NCBI GenBank assembly: GCA_965240325.2
Contig: OZ251227.1
Span: forward strand, 2,232,001-2,296,000
DNA from: Rebecca billardiae RCC1528
Taxonomy: Eukaryota > Protista > Haptophyta
Length of the DNA: 64,000 nt
Direction of reading: 5' to 3'
Part shown: one piece after another, positions 10,699-23,700 of the stretch
Position numbering within the stretch: the first letter of the stretch is position 1
Layout: each line of letters starts with the position of its first letter
Made by a program: the position numbers and the translations under genes
The notes under the pieces: generated by a model
Database searches by the model: none
Told to the model about the DNA's origin: nothing
What the model saw: the letters and a program-made list of their open reading frames with translations, nothing else

Positions 10699-12288
10699 CC
10701 GCGCCCTGCGCCCCTGCCCCTGCACCGGGCTGGCGACGAAGGCCGAGATGTGACGATGCTTCTCGAAGGAAAGTTTGATGCGGTTCTGCTGCATACCGCC
10801 TTTAATATATATAATCATAACCGGCCCCTGCGACCGAGGTGGACCCAGCCGGGAGAGAGGAGTGGACCCACCTGAATGCAGAGACGCCAAGCGGCCAGTT
10901 GCCGGCTCGAAGTGCTGCGCGCAGCCTCGTCACAGGGATGAGGCCAACGTGGACTGACCACCCAGGTGTGCAGACGTGGCTGCCGTGCCACACGTCCGTG
11001 GACGATGTGAAAGGACTCTTCGCTCAGATACGTATGGGCTGTCCGTAGTGATCGGACCGACAAGGCCGACGAACGGCCCGTGCGCAGCGACTCAGGAACT
11101 ACTGAAGCCTGGCCGAGCTTCCGTGTGTCGCCGTTAGCGCAAAGAGCAGATTTCAGTTGTGCGTGCTGGCACTGCCATCACCACCCATCTCACGGCTGTC
11201 TAGAGTGCGCGGCGTGATGACCCGCGCGAGTCGGACGGGAACCTGTGCTTGGTATGATGTACAGCTAGTCGCCGCTGTGACGAGCCGAGTGCGTGGCCGC
11301 TGTGGCGGGCAGTGCGTCCGAGTGCACCACAGCTCGCCCCACCCGCCGGCCCAGGGCAGTCCCAGCTGACATGCCAGCCATCGGCCGACAATCAGTCAGC
11401 TTAGACACCGTCCGGTCAGCTGGCTGACAGACAGAGTCGGCTGACAGGCTCGGACCGAGTGTCAGCCGACCGCACTCCTCGTCACTGGTGAGTCCGGCTG
11501 GGCTGACTGACAGTGTCAGCTGGCCGCACATCGGCCCCTTGCCACACGGCTGACCGCCAGCCGGCGCTGTCAGCCGTCAGCTGACAAGGGAGCTCGTAGA
11601 TAGGCGATCAGACAGCCGGTCTGCGTGACGGACAAGGTGACCGATAAATCGGGCTCAGCGCGGCGCGCGCGCTGGGGCGGGGCGCAGCCGGCCCGACCCG
11701 TGCGTCGTACTCGCTGTACTGGCCGTCCTCAGAGTCAGAGTACCAACCAATCAGTCAGCTGCGCAGCTCGGCCCGCGGATGCCCGCGCGACGAGCTGGAC
11801 GCGCCAGCTGCATGTGTGTGTGCAGGTGGCAGGTGCTTCGTAGCTTTAAAAGTGTAGCAGCGCTCGCGGTTGGAAAAACGCAAGTACAGTTTACTATGAT
11901 TTAACGTGCACACTTGGTTAAGGCGTGATTTGAAATCTGGAGCGATCTCGCTTATTCGGAGTAGTATCCATATATGCTCATTGACGACGTGTATACTTGC
12001 ACAGTACTGTGCGGGTCCCAGTCGAAGGTACCGATCATCGACTCACACTAGCTATCAAGCAGTTTCTTAAGAACATAGCACGGAGTGCTACTGCGGCTCA
12101 TAATTAGTGTTGGCCATTTGTGAGCTTCGTCGTCGTTGACGAACGCACCCAGCGAAAGTTTCTCACCAGCTTTCTAGTAAGTACACCCCCATTCTCAGTT
12201 CGCACGACGCCACACTGCTCGGGGCATTTTTCCGCGTCGTCGACCGGGATCGACGGCCACACCAGGAAGACAGTGCGCACTGGCGGCC

Positions 12289-15200
12289 ATGGCCGACGCG
12301 TTATGGGTGGCTGCGCGGCGGCGACGAGGCCGCACCTTGAGCGGGCTTGTCCTGCTGCTGTCATTCGACCTTGCGCGCCCCCTCTCTGTTGGCGTGCTCA
12401 GCTCGCTGGGCTGGCGGAGAGGGGCCGAGGGCATGGTGGCGGCATGGCTCGCCGCACAGCACTTCAACGAGCGGAATGCGAGCATCGTGCCGCGCTTCGC
12501 GGAGCTGGGCGCATGTGACGTGCAGCTCAACCTCACACTGATCGACATCCACGGCGACCCTAAGGAGGCGATCGACAAGTACGTGCACGGGCGCGAGGCG
12601 TACGGCTTTGAGCTGATTGCGGGCGCATATCGCTCGGCGACCAGCCGGCCGATGGCGATGCTCTCGCCGTACCACGGGGTGCTGCAGCTCGGGCTCTCGT
12701 CTTCTTCGCCAGAGTTTGCCGACGCCTCGCTCTTCCCGTACTTCTCCCGCTGCCAGCCCGCGGACGACCTCTCCTCCGAGGTGATCATCGAGCACGTCCG
12801 GCTGCACGGCTGGCGGCGCATCGGACTGGTACGCGCGCGAGAGAGAGAGAGAGAGGGCGAGAGAGAGAGGGGGGGAGTGGGGAGGAGGGAGGAAGGCACG
12901 TGCGCACGGCGCGGGGACGCGCGGCGTGAGCGCGTGTGTGTGACTCATCCGCCCGACGCGCCGCTCGCACGCAAACGCGCGCCTGCGCCTCGCAGCTGTA
13001 CGCAGACGACGCCTGGGGCTCGGCGTTCGCCGAGGTGCTTCAGGAGGAGAGCGCGCGCGCGATGCTCGACATCGTGACGGTCCGCTTCCACCCTGACGAC
13101 GACGACTCCATCGTCGCGGCGGTGGAGACGATGCGCGCGGGCGGCGCCGCGGGCGAGCCCCCGCGCATCCTGATTGCTGTCGCCCTCTTCCGCGACCAGG
13201 CGCCGCTGCTCGACGCGGCCGCGGCCGCAGGGCTCGCCGGGCCCGAGTTCCACTGGGTGCTGGCGCACCCCTTCACCATACCCAACCTCGCGGGCGCGAG
13301 CGAGGGCGCGAAGCGCGCGCTCGACGGCGCGGCGCACGTCACGGCGACGCCGGGGTTTGCGGGCGACGCGCGCATCGCGCGGCTGCGCTCGGCGCTCGGC
13401 GCGCTCAGCCACGCCGATCTCGAGCCGGAGCTGGAGGGCGGCTGGGCGGGCACGTCTGCCGAGTGGGCCTCGTTCCAGGACCTGGCGGCGCGCGCGCACG
13501 TGGCGCCGTTCGGGTACGACGCGATGGCGGCGATCGGCCTCGCCGCGTGCGCGTGGACGGGCGAGGAGCGCGCGGGCGCGCCGCGGCGCACCGCGGACGA
13601 GCGCAACGCGCACGTGCGCGCGCTCGCCTTTGAGGGCGCGTCCGGGCCGCTCGAGTTCAGCGCGTCGGGCGACCGCAGCCGCGCGAGCGCAAAGTACGCG
13701 ATCAACAACTGGGTGTATGACGAGCCGAGCGGCGAGCTCCTCGAGCGCGCCGAGGTGCTGCAGTGGGAGGGCGGGCAGATCCGCCAAACAAACGCGTGGC
13801 AGTGGGCCAGTGGCGCAAGTGCGCCGCCCTCGGACGGCCTGGGCGACGGCTCGGGCGCGGGCTCGGGGGCGGGCCGGTCCGGACAGGTGGCGCGCGGCGC
13901 GGCGGGCGGCGCCGGGCAGCGGACCATCGTGCAGCACGCGCCGAGCGCGCCCGCGGTCGACGCGGCCTTCCTCGTCGGCGTGAGCCTCGGCTCGGCCTTC
14001 AGCCTCGTGCTGCTCCTCTTCTGCGCCGCGCGCCTCTACCTCGCGTACGGCCGGTTTGTCCACCTCGTGCGCGCGCGCGCCGCGTGGCGCGCGGCCGAGG
14101 TGGAGGCGGCGCTGTCGGACCGGCGGCGGCTGAGCTTCCCTCTGCACATGCTGCCCGCGAGCACGTTCCTGCAGAGCGGCCAGCTCCGCCGCTTCGAGGA
14201 CCTGCGCTCCGCCGCGTCGCACGTCGTGATCTCGCGGCTCGAGATCAGCGACGCCTTCTTCAGCGCCAACCGGCTCATCTTTGTGAGCCACCAGTGGCTG
14301 GGCGCGGCCGAGCCGGACCCGGCGCGCGTGCAGTACGGCGTGATGGCGCGGGCGGTGCGGCACGTCGCCGCGCTGAACGGCTGGCCTCTGGACATCGTGC
14401 ACGTGTGGGTCGACTACAGCTCCGTGCCACAGGAGCACCCGGGCACGCAGGAGTTGGTGCGCTGCGCGCCGCGCGCGTCGCCGGCGGCCGCGGCCGCGTG
14501 GCCGGCCGCGCGCGTCGGCTCACCCACCCACCGGCTTCGGATGGCGCGACGCCGCGCCGCGCCGCGCCGCGCGCCTTGCCCGCGCTACGCTCCCGCAGGC
14601 CATCGACTCTCTGGCGCAGTACGCGAGCATGGCACACGCCTTCCTGATCGTCGTGCCGGACGCAGTGCACGCGGAGACGGGAGAGCGCTGTGGCGTGCAG
14701 TCGTACCAGGTGTGCGCGCGCGGCGCGCGCGCCCGCGAGCTGCGGAGCTCGGCGCGCGAGCGCGACGCTGCCTCCCGCGCGCGGCGCAGGGGCTGAGCCG
14801 ACGGGCGGTGGCGCGCCGCCTGCTCTCGCCGGCGCGCACGCGCGCAGCGGCGGATGTGGACGCGCGCCGAACAGGTGGTCTACCTCTTTGCGCACGGGCG
14901 CGACAACATGTACATAGACGACGGCGTGAGCTCCGCGCCCGTCCTCGTCGACTCGGAGTGGCTGTCCCACTCTGCGTTTGTGTTCGAGGTGAGCGCGCGC
15001 GTGCGCGCGTGGTGGCACGGGCGCACCTGGCTGGCGCGGGCGCAGAGCGCGCGCGCAGAGCACACGCACGTGGCGACGCGCGAGAGAGAATGGGGAGGGC
15101 GGCGCAGCGCGTGCGCGCACGGCGGCGACGGGTGCGCGCAGGCCGCGCGTGCCTCGCGCGCGGCGCTCACTCACCGCTCCGCCCGCGCACGCCCGCGCGC

Positions 15201-16893
15201 GCGCGCCGCCCCGCGCCGCCCCAGGGCGAGTGCTCGTGCTGCGAGCGGCTGCACTGCTTCAACGGCGAGGACCGGCATTACTGCGACAGGCAGATGCTCG
15301 TCCGGCCGCTGATCGGACTCTACGGCGAGGCGCTCGCCGCGCACCTCAAGGCGCAGGATGGAGGCGAGGGCTTGGCGCGCATCCGCACCGTGCTTGGCGC
15401 GCTCGGCCAGGGGCTCGGCGGCTCGTGGCGCGGCAGCGCCGGCGGCGGCCTCGAGAGCACGCACCTGCGCCCGGGCGAGTTCTCGGGCAGGCACGGGCAT
15501 CGGCGCGCGTACCGGCTGCCGATAGCGGCCAGCCGCGCGCCCTCGCGCCGCTCGACCGCCTCCTCCGACCACGAGGGGCAGAGGCTGGCGCGCGCGTGCG
15601 CGGGCATGGGGTTCGCTGGCCTCACGCCGACGCGCCGACCGACCGCCTCCTCCGACCACGAGGGGCAGAGGCTCGGGCTGGCGTGCGCCGGGCTCACGCG
15701 CCGGCACTCGGCAGACCCGGAGCTCACGTGCCGACACACGCCGGACCCCGAGGGCCAGCGCTTCGCGGCCGCGTGCGCCGGGCTGGGCTCCCCCCGAGCG
15801 GCGATGCCAGGCGCGCCGCCGCCGGCCGCGAGCTGCGCAGAGTCCGATGCGGAGCGCGGGCAGTCTGCCTCGTGGCGGCACTTTCGGCCCGGGCCCGAGC
15901 CTGAGCCCATCCCCACGCTCGACCTGTCGCGAGGCGCCGGCCCTCCTCCCGGCCAGGCGGCGGCCGGGGCGAGCACGCCGGGTGGCGGCGCGGCTGCGGC
16001 CCCGCCCGCGGCCAAGGTGCAGCACTTCAGCGTCGCCGAGTCGGAGGCGGACTGGGAGCCGCCGACGCCGCGCAGCTTCGGGCACTCGATGAGCCGTCGG
16101 CTGGGCCTTGCGCACGTGCGCGACCTGCCGCCGCCCTTCCTGGATATCATCGTGCGCGCGGCGCGGCGCGGCGCGCGCCGACTCGCGCGCCCACTCGCGC
16201 GCCGCGCCGCGCTCTGAGCGCACGCGACCACGCGCGCGCACCCGCTGCGCGCAGGAGGGCCGCGACCCAGAGGCGATGGCGCGCATGTTCCCGCCTACAC
16301 TCGAGCTGCGCACGCGGCACGGCAGCGAGACGGTGGAGCTCTTCGGCGATCTCGTCTCGGAGATGACGAGCCGGCAGCGCGCCGTCCACGCCGAGGTCCA
16401 CGCCGGCGCGCACTCGCCCGCCGCGCCGCACGGCCAAGCACGCGTGCTCGGCGCCAACGGCGGCAAGGGGGGCGGCGGCAGCGAGCTCAAGCGCTTTCGT
16501 GACATGCACCTCGAGCGCGCGCGCGAGCGGCTCAGCAGCTGCAGCCGCCCTTCCACGCGCAATTCGGGCGCGGGGCCCGCAGAGAGAGAGAGCCCACGTT
16601 TGAGCGCTTCGGGCAACCAGCGCGCGGCCGTCTCGCCCACGATCGTGCAGGTCTCGGCCACGGCGCCGAGCTGCGAGGCTGTGCTCGGCGGCGGCACGCG
16701 CTCGTCGTCGCGGCCGGCGGCGCTGATCCCGCCGGCGTCGCCGCATGCCGCGGCGGCGCAGCTGGGACGCAGCCCGTCCGCGCTGCTGCCTCGTCCGCCG
16801 GCACCGATGGCGCTGTCCATGCTGGCGCCGTCTACTGGCGCTGGTGCGAGCAGGCGGGTGACTCCGGCGGTGATGACTGTGGCCTCGCCGTGA
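12289..16893 (+). CDS. Multi-exon single-pass receptor: ANF-receptor/Venus-flytrap-like ectodomain + TM + HET(TIR-like) domain + disordered tail
   Basis: Ectodomain motifs IAGAYRSATSRPMA, SSSSPEFADASLFPYFSRCQPADD, GWRRIGL-LYADDAWG, FGYDAMAAIGLAAC, FEGASGPLEFSASGDR. TM at about 13968-14048. Cytoplasmic IFVSHQW...DP...VWVDYSSVPQ...AIDSLAQYA...SYQRRMWTRAE. Inferred introns 12829-12995, 14457-14598, about 14710-14848, about 14989-15223 and about 16152-16253. Confidence 0.75.
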
Positions 16894-17213
16894 CCGCGCT
16901 GGACGAGTGTATACGCCCATCGACGCCTCATCGACGCCGCGACGCGGGTCCCCTCTCAAGAGAGTATATCGAGTGGCTGCCTGATCGAGACTCGGCACCG
17001 CGGACTGTGGGAATGCATCACTATAGTACCGTATTAATATTATCATCATCATCATCCGCCACGACCGATGACAACCGTGACGACGACGACTGCCGCCGAT
17101 GAGGTCCTGCCGCCGATGAGGTCTCGCGACGATGATGATGATGACATGCAGCTAGCATCGACGCATCGTCACGCAGTCGTAGATATAGATTATAGTCGTT
17201 ATCGTACTGTATC

Positions 17214-17774
17214 TGTCAAAGTCCAAGGCAGCCATCGGCGCCATTCCCCAGCTCGAGACTTTAATTCCAAGGCGCTGAGCAATTTCAGCCGCCAAGCTAC
17301 AGACTTTCATCATGCAATTCAATCGGTTTCACCATTCAAGAGCAAGGCCAACAGCAGCCATTGTTCATGCAAGTTACTACTCCAAAGATAAGGAGCATCG
17401 GCACACACATGAGGTCTTCGGACTACACATCCAAGGGTCCAGGGATTCTTCACCACTTGGGAAGGTACCCTGAACTGGACCAGAGACTACCATGCAGTCA
17501 TCAGAACTTTCTTTTCATTTCGAGGAGACGTCCCGATCATCACAGGAAGCTTTCGTGCAATGACCCGAAGGCAATCAACGGAATTCCGAGAGCATTCCGA
17601 CCGAGGGAAGCAGGCACACGAAGATTCCAAAATCTTCGATGCCACTTCCATCAGCTTTCACCAGACTGAAACATCAGCTTACTTGAAACCAGCCATCACT
17701 CATCAGCAAGGGGGACGCCCCTTCGCCCCACGAAACACAGTAAGGACCGCACGACACGCGCGAAGCGCCAATCA
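17214..17774 (+). repeat. Copia 5' LTR
   Basis: Direct repeat of 24441-25004. Confidence 0.95.
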
Positions 17775-20700
17775 TGAGCTCACGGGTGCACAACGTCGTC
17801 CGATCCTACGATCAGCGCAAGCGGACCCGCATCGATCGGCTCCGCCACCACGGGAGCCCCATGCTCCTCGACATTGACTTCGGCGACAGCGCCGGATCGG
17901 CACGGAACGACACCGGCCGCAAGGAAGACATCGAGTTCCCATCCTCGCGATGGTACGACCAGGGCGGGAGCCCGCGTACCTTCTACGAGGACCGTCGCAG
18001 CTCCATCGAGAAGCGCGACCGCCACGACGGACACTACCCGCGTGGCGAGCAAGGCCCCAGTCGCCAAGGCAACGGCGGCGGCCGGCATCACGCACCGACC
18101 GAGTACAAGCACCACCGGCGGAGCGACGACAACCTCGTACCCTACGACGGGACGCGGTTCGCGGAGAGCACAAGGCCATCCAACTCCGCGCATGCGCACT
18201 GGCACCCGCCCCACTCGCGGGGCCACCGATACCATCCCTCGCATCACTCGCTGAGCGAGGCCGAGCGCGCCGCGCCGCGCACCGGCGCGCGCGCAACTGA
18301 ACCCATGACGATCCCCAGCGCGCAGGAGCGATCGTCGGCGCACGACAAGTACCCAAACGGCCCGCGGCCCTCCGGCACACTGGGCTGGGACTACAAGCAG
18401 CCCGTCGTGCTCCCTGAGCAATGGCGAGTGCCCCCGTCCTCGCAGAAGGACGACTCGCCGTCGTCGCAGTCGCTGCATCGCGACGCTACGACACAGACGG
18501 AATCCCCGGACTCGGCGTCGCCGACTGCGACTGGACACGACCAGCATGGAGGCAGCAGCGTCGCAGCGCCGGAGGCGGGCGCGATGGCGGGCGACCTCCC
18601 GACCATCAGCGTCGTGACCGACTTCAAGGAGCCGCACAGCCACTACCCCTTCGACCCGGGCCAGATCCCTGGCGAAGAGCGGTCGGAGCCGTTCGAGGAG
18701 TTCGCGCCGCAGCTTGACGATCTCGCGCGCGGCTCGACCCCGCCGCTGGACGCGTTGAGCCTCAATGATGTCCTCAGCGTGCTCACCGATGCGGCCATGG
18801 ACATCAACGGACTCGTCTACCAGGATCCGATGGACATGGGAGACGACATCCTCACCATTGGAGGTATGTGCAGCGATCCGACTGATCGGCCCCAATCCAT
18901 CTTGTGCTGCAACAAGGCAGCATGGGAACACGCTGCGCGCGACAAGCATCGCATGTCCTCATACCTGTGCACTTACCCCCTCCTGGCTGTCAGCAGTTGG
19001 TATGGTGTAGGCGAGACCTTCGATTGCATCATCCCGGAGATCCCGGCGCGCAAGAACATGGGCAACGGCATCTACTGCAGCCAGTGGAGTGAGATTGACG
19101 ACGATGATCCGAAGTCGCGCCAGCCATGCGACAATCAGTCGTGCACATCGATGCATTGCACCCTCGAATGCATCATCTGTGGGATGGGCAGAGTCTGCAG
19201 CTACCGATGCGCAGACGCCATCCAAGTTCAGCATCAGCTCGAATGTGAGCAGATTATCCAGTTTGCAGCGATGAACGACGGGATTGACATCGATGATGAT
19301 GGCATTCACTTCCACCGGCAGGACGGACCCGTCGCAGCGGCTGATCGCCGCAGCCTGAGCGTCGTGAACGACGCAGGCGCCAGCCTCGATGATATTTGCC
19401 CTTGGCGGCCATCCAAACGATGCACTATCTACTCGGGAGGCTTCATCGCAGCAGCCGCAGAGCGGCAAGGTCACAACTACACAGTTGGAGACTATGTGCG
19501 GGAGAGGGACGAGCTTCACCAAAGCAAGTTCGATCTCATGTTCCATTGTAATGACGCACTCCTACAGCCAGGTGTCGCATGCTTCCTGCACAAAGAGTTC
19601 TATGGGCTGACTTCTGAAGCGAGCGAGGGACACTCGCCGGCTGACGACGGCCCACCTGGTGGTGTCACAAACTACCCACCTGCCACGACTGGTGACGACA
19701 ACAGCGCACAGCAGAGCAGCGATGGGGACGAGTCTTCTACATCGTCGGACATGGGCAGCTATGCCACAGCAGAGGACCACATTGAGACAAGCTTGCTCGA
19801 CGCGTCACCACGAACGCGCAGAAATGGAGGCAAAGCTTGCATCACCTACTTGCCCGACGCACATGCAATGATGGCTGTGCAGACAAGCCAGCCTGGCGTC
19901 GGAAGCTACAAGCTGAATTTCTTCACAATCAAATCGAAAATGGCCATCCACGGAGCGATCAAGGACGCAGTCACCGAGGTCAAGGCTTCCTTCAAGGGAA
20001 GAGCGACCGACACTACGTCGTCCATGGTCACCCTCGTCGAGGCCAGGCTCTCCGGATACGCGCTGGCCGAGGCCGCAGTGTGGACAGCCGAAAATGCTAT
20101 TCGGGAACCGTACGCTAATGCATTCGCAAACATGGACGCAGACACCACCATCATGCAGATGACGATCGTCTACGAGCGATCGGTGGAAGTACTTTTCAAG
20201 CGTATCAAGGACATGATGCTGCCGAGTCTCTTTTCGTACCTCGAGTCGAAACGGCACATCGTGAACCCGAATGAGAATTTCCTGAATTTACATACTCTGC
20301 TCGAAATCTTCGAGCACGAGCTGAACGTATCGACCATGTCGGAGCTCCGAGCTGAGTTCAAGAAGCTCTACCCGGACCGACCGACCCCGGTGAGCGGCCC
20401 CGAGATGATCAAGCAAACGGTGGAGATGGTACGCGCATCACGCTATCGAGAGCTAGACGACGCCACACTCCTCGTTTTCAAGTTGTACAACGGGATGCAC
20501 GAGCACCCAGAGGTCTACTCGACCGTCATCTCTATTTACGGTTCAATGTCGCCCCAGCAATGCGTGGCGCAGACCGAACAGCTCACCGCCCAGATCGAGG
20601 ACGCATACAGGCGTTGGACTCAGTCGCCCAAGGGACGACAGGCAACGCAACGTGACCCCAAGCGGGGCGGTCCCGCGCACGCTCTCAATACTGAGGAGGC

Positions 20701-23700
20701 GGACCGCCGACAACCAGCCGTCACGTGCTCGCACTGCGGGCTGCGCAATCACACCGCAGAGCGGTGCTGGAAGCTACATCCAGACTTGCGGCCACCCAGG
20801 CCGCCCGGCGCACCAAGACAGGGCAACTTCAGGCCGCCCGCCAAGCCCGGCGGGCGCGACGGCAAGTTCATCAAGGTACCTCCGCCCCCAAAGCGGGCGG
20901 GGAGGCCGCGGGCCCAGATGGTGCAAGACGAGGACATCGACCCGGAACCCGATGATGCAGATCTCGAGCCGACGCAATACGCGTATCTGGACTCGGGCGC
21001 GTCCCAATCATTTGTCGATATCAACCTCGGCCTGCTACACAATGCTCACCCGATCAGCATGTCTGTCAAGGTTGCCAAGCGCGACATTGAGCTACACGCA
21101 TCCAAGGCAGGCGACATGTACGTATACTTACTCGACGCCGACTCAGACACAACCGTGCCGGTGTGCCTGGAAAACGTCGTCGGTGTCGAAGATCTCGATA
21201 CTACTCTCTTTTCAGTCAACGCGTTCGCCGCGGTCGGAATGGCTGTGGTGTTCGACGAACGACCATACATCCGCATCGGCCCCAAGAGGGTTCATTTGCG
21301 CCCCGACAACACCGTCGGATTCAAGGCAGTCGTACCCAAGGCCGAGACAGCCATGCCGGCCACCGCGGACGACGTGCCACCAGACGTCGACCCGATCAAG
21401 AACGGGCGGAAGATCACGCTCTGGCAATCCAGACTAGGATATGCCGATATCAAGCGTGTACGCGCAACCTACCGCGCGAACGACAAGATGTCGGAGGCAT
21501 CGCCCTGCACGTACCAGCCCTCCGACGTTGCCAAGTTCAAGGCCAAGCCGTTCCCGGGCACACGTGAGAGAACAACTCGACCGCTCGAGATGCTCCACAA
21601 CGATGTCATCGGGCCCATCAACGGGCTGCCCGCAAAGACTCCAAGGTGGGGAACTCTATTCATCGATGATTTTTCCGGATACATGCGCTTCTACGACATG
21701 CAAAACAAGGCTGAAGCGCCGGAGAAGCTCGACCTCATGGCCAGCGAGATGGGAGCCAACTCTCTATCCGCCACCATGCAGAACAAGGGCATCGCCGGAT
21801 GCACCATTCACCTCGACGGAGGCCGAGAGTTACACTCAAAGAATTGGAACCGAGTCCTTCGCAGGTACGACATGCTATGCAACTACATGTCGCCCCCCCA
21901 CACGCAGCAGCTGAACGGCGTCGCCGAACGTGGCCTCGGAGTCATCATGAATGACGCCAGGACAATGCTGTACCTCTCAGGCGTACACCACAAATGGTAG
22001 TATTGGGCAGCCAAGTGCGCTGCCGCGCAACGCAACCTGATGAGCAAGCATCCTACCAGCGATGGCAAGCTGGTTTCACCGCACGAGCTGATGTTTGGCA
22101 CCTCGCCCGGGCCCTTCCTGCAAAAGCTGAGAGTTTGGGGCTCGCCCTGCATCTACCTCGTACAGTCGATCAACAAGCAGAACAAGCTACTCCCGCGCGC
22201 GCGGGAGGGCATCTTACTGGGATACGGATTTGACGGTATCTTCGAGCGAGGCACCATCAAGCGATCGCACGGATACATCGTTTTGAGTGCCGACGACGGG
22301 AAAATCGTCATCACTCGGCACGTCAAGTTCAACGAGCAAGTCATTTTGGATCGAATCTCTACGCATTTCAAGGAGATCCGCGAAATTCGGGACCCCCTGC
22401 TGGCGTGGAGCGCTCGGCGACCTCCTCAAGGTGCAGATGCTGGTAAGACCCGTGACAGCAACACCAACGAGGAGGGCGACGAAGAGTTTGCCAGCAGCAG
22501 CAGTGACGCCGACAGCGACTCCGAGCGCGGAGGAGACGATCCGCCATCGCCGGACGAGGAATCAGACGACGATGACAAGGACGACAGGGACAAACCCGAC
22601 GACGACGAGAAGGGAAATGATGGCGACGGCGACGACGGTGATGGAGACGGCCCCGGAGCTGGAGGCAGACCATCGCAGAGCAATACGCCACCGCAGCCAA
22701 AGCAGCCTCCTCCCTCCGCCGATCGCCGCCCACAGCGGACTCGCAACATGACTGGCAAGTCATACTTCCCGCCGACGCGGCGCGCGCGCGCGCGCGCGCA
22801 GCTCGCGCAGCTCGCATCAGATATCCCGGTACCTACATCGTTCAAGGAAGCGATGGAGAGCAAGCAAGCATCCGATTGGACAAGGGCTATCATGGAAGAA
22901 TACGAGGCCCACGACAGGCTGGGCACATTCACGCCCGTCATTGTTCCCAAAGGGAAAGCAATTATCCCATCGAAGCTGGTCTTCAAGGTCAAAGCCAATC
23001 CAGATGGTACCATCGAACGGTACAAGGCAAGATTGGTTGGTCAAGGCTTCCGCCAGATTCAAGGAGTCAATTACGACGAGGTGTTCTCGCCTACTATCCG
23101 GTACGAGAACGTACGCCTCCTATTGGCACTGACGACGGAGCTACGAACACCAGAAAGACCTTGGATCATCCACTCCGCAGACGTGAGTACGGCGTACCTC
23201 CAAGCCCCATTGGAGGACGGCCTGAAGATCTACACTACGCTACCCCCGCTGTACCCGTGTGCCCTCAAGCCACCCGAGGGACACGTGGTCGCGGCTGACT
23301 GGGATATGGCCCTTCCAGGATTTAAGCAGAGCGGCAGACGATGGCACATCCGCCTCAGCCAGAAACTGCGAGAGAAAGGATTCAAGAAACTCACACAGTC
23401 GGAGTGCATCTTCGTCCGCACCTCAGGAGACATCATCGACGTCATCGCAGTGTACGTGGACGACCTGCTTATTCTGAGCAGCTCCCCCGACAGCGCAAGA
23501 CCCAGCTCGATTATTGAGGAAATTCGAAAAGAATTCACCCTCCGGGATCTGGGACCAGCAACGACTTTCCTAGGCATGAGTATCGCCCAGGGGCCCAAGT
23601 CGACGACTATCTCCATGTCACAGTACATCACCGATCTCCTCAAGAAGCACGACATGAGCGACATTACGCCCGTCGACAACCCGTGCAGATCGGCAGCAGA

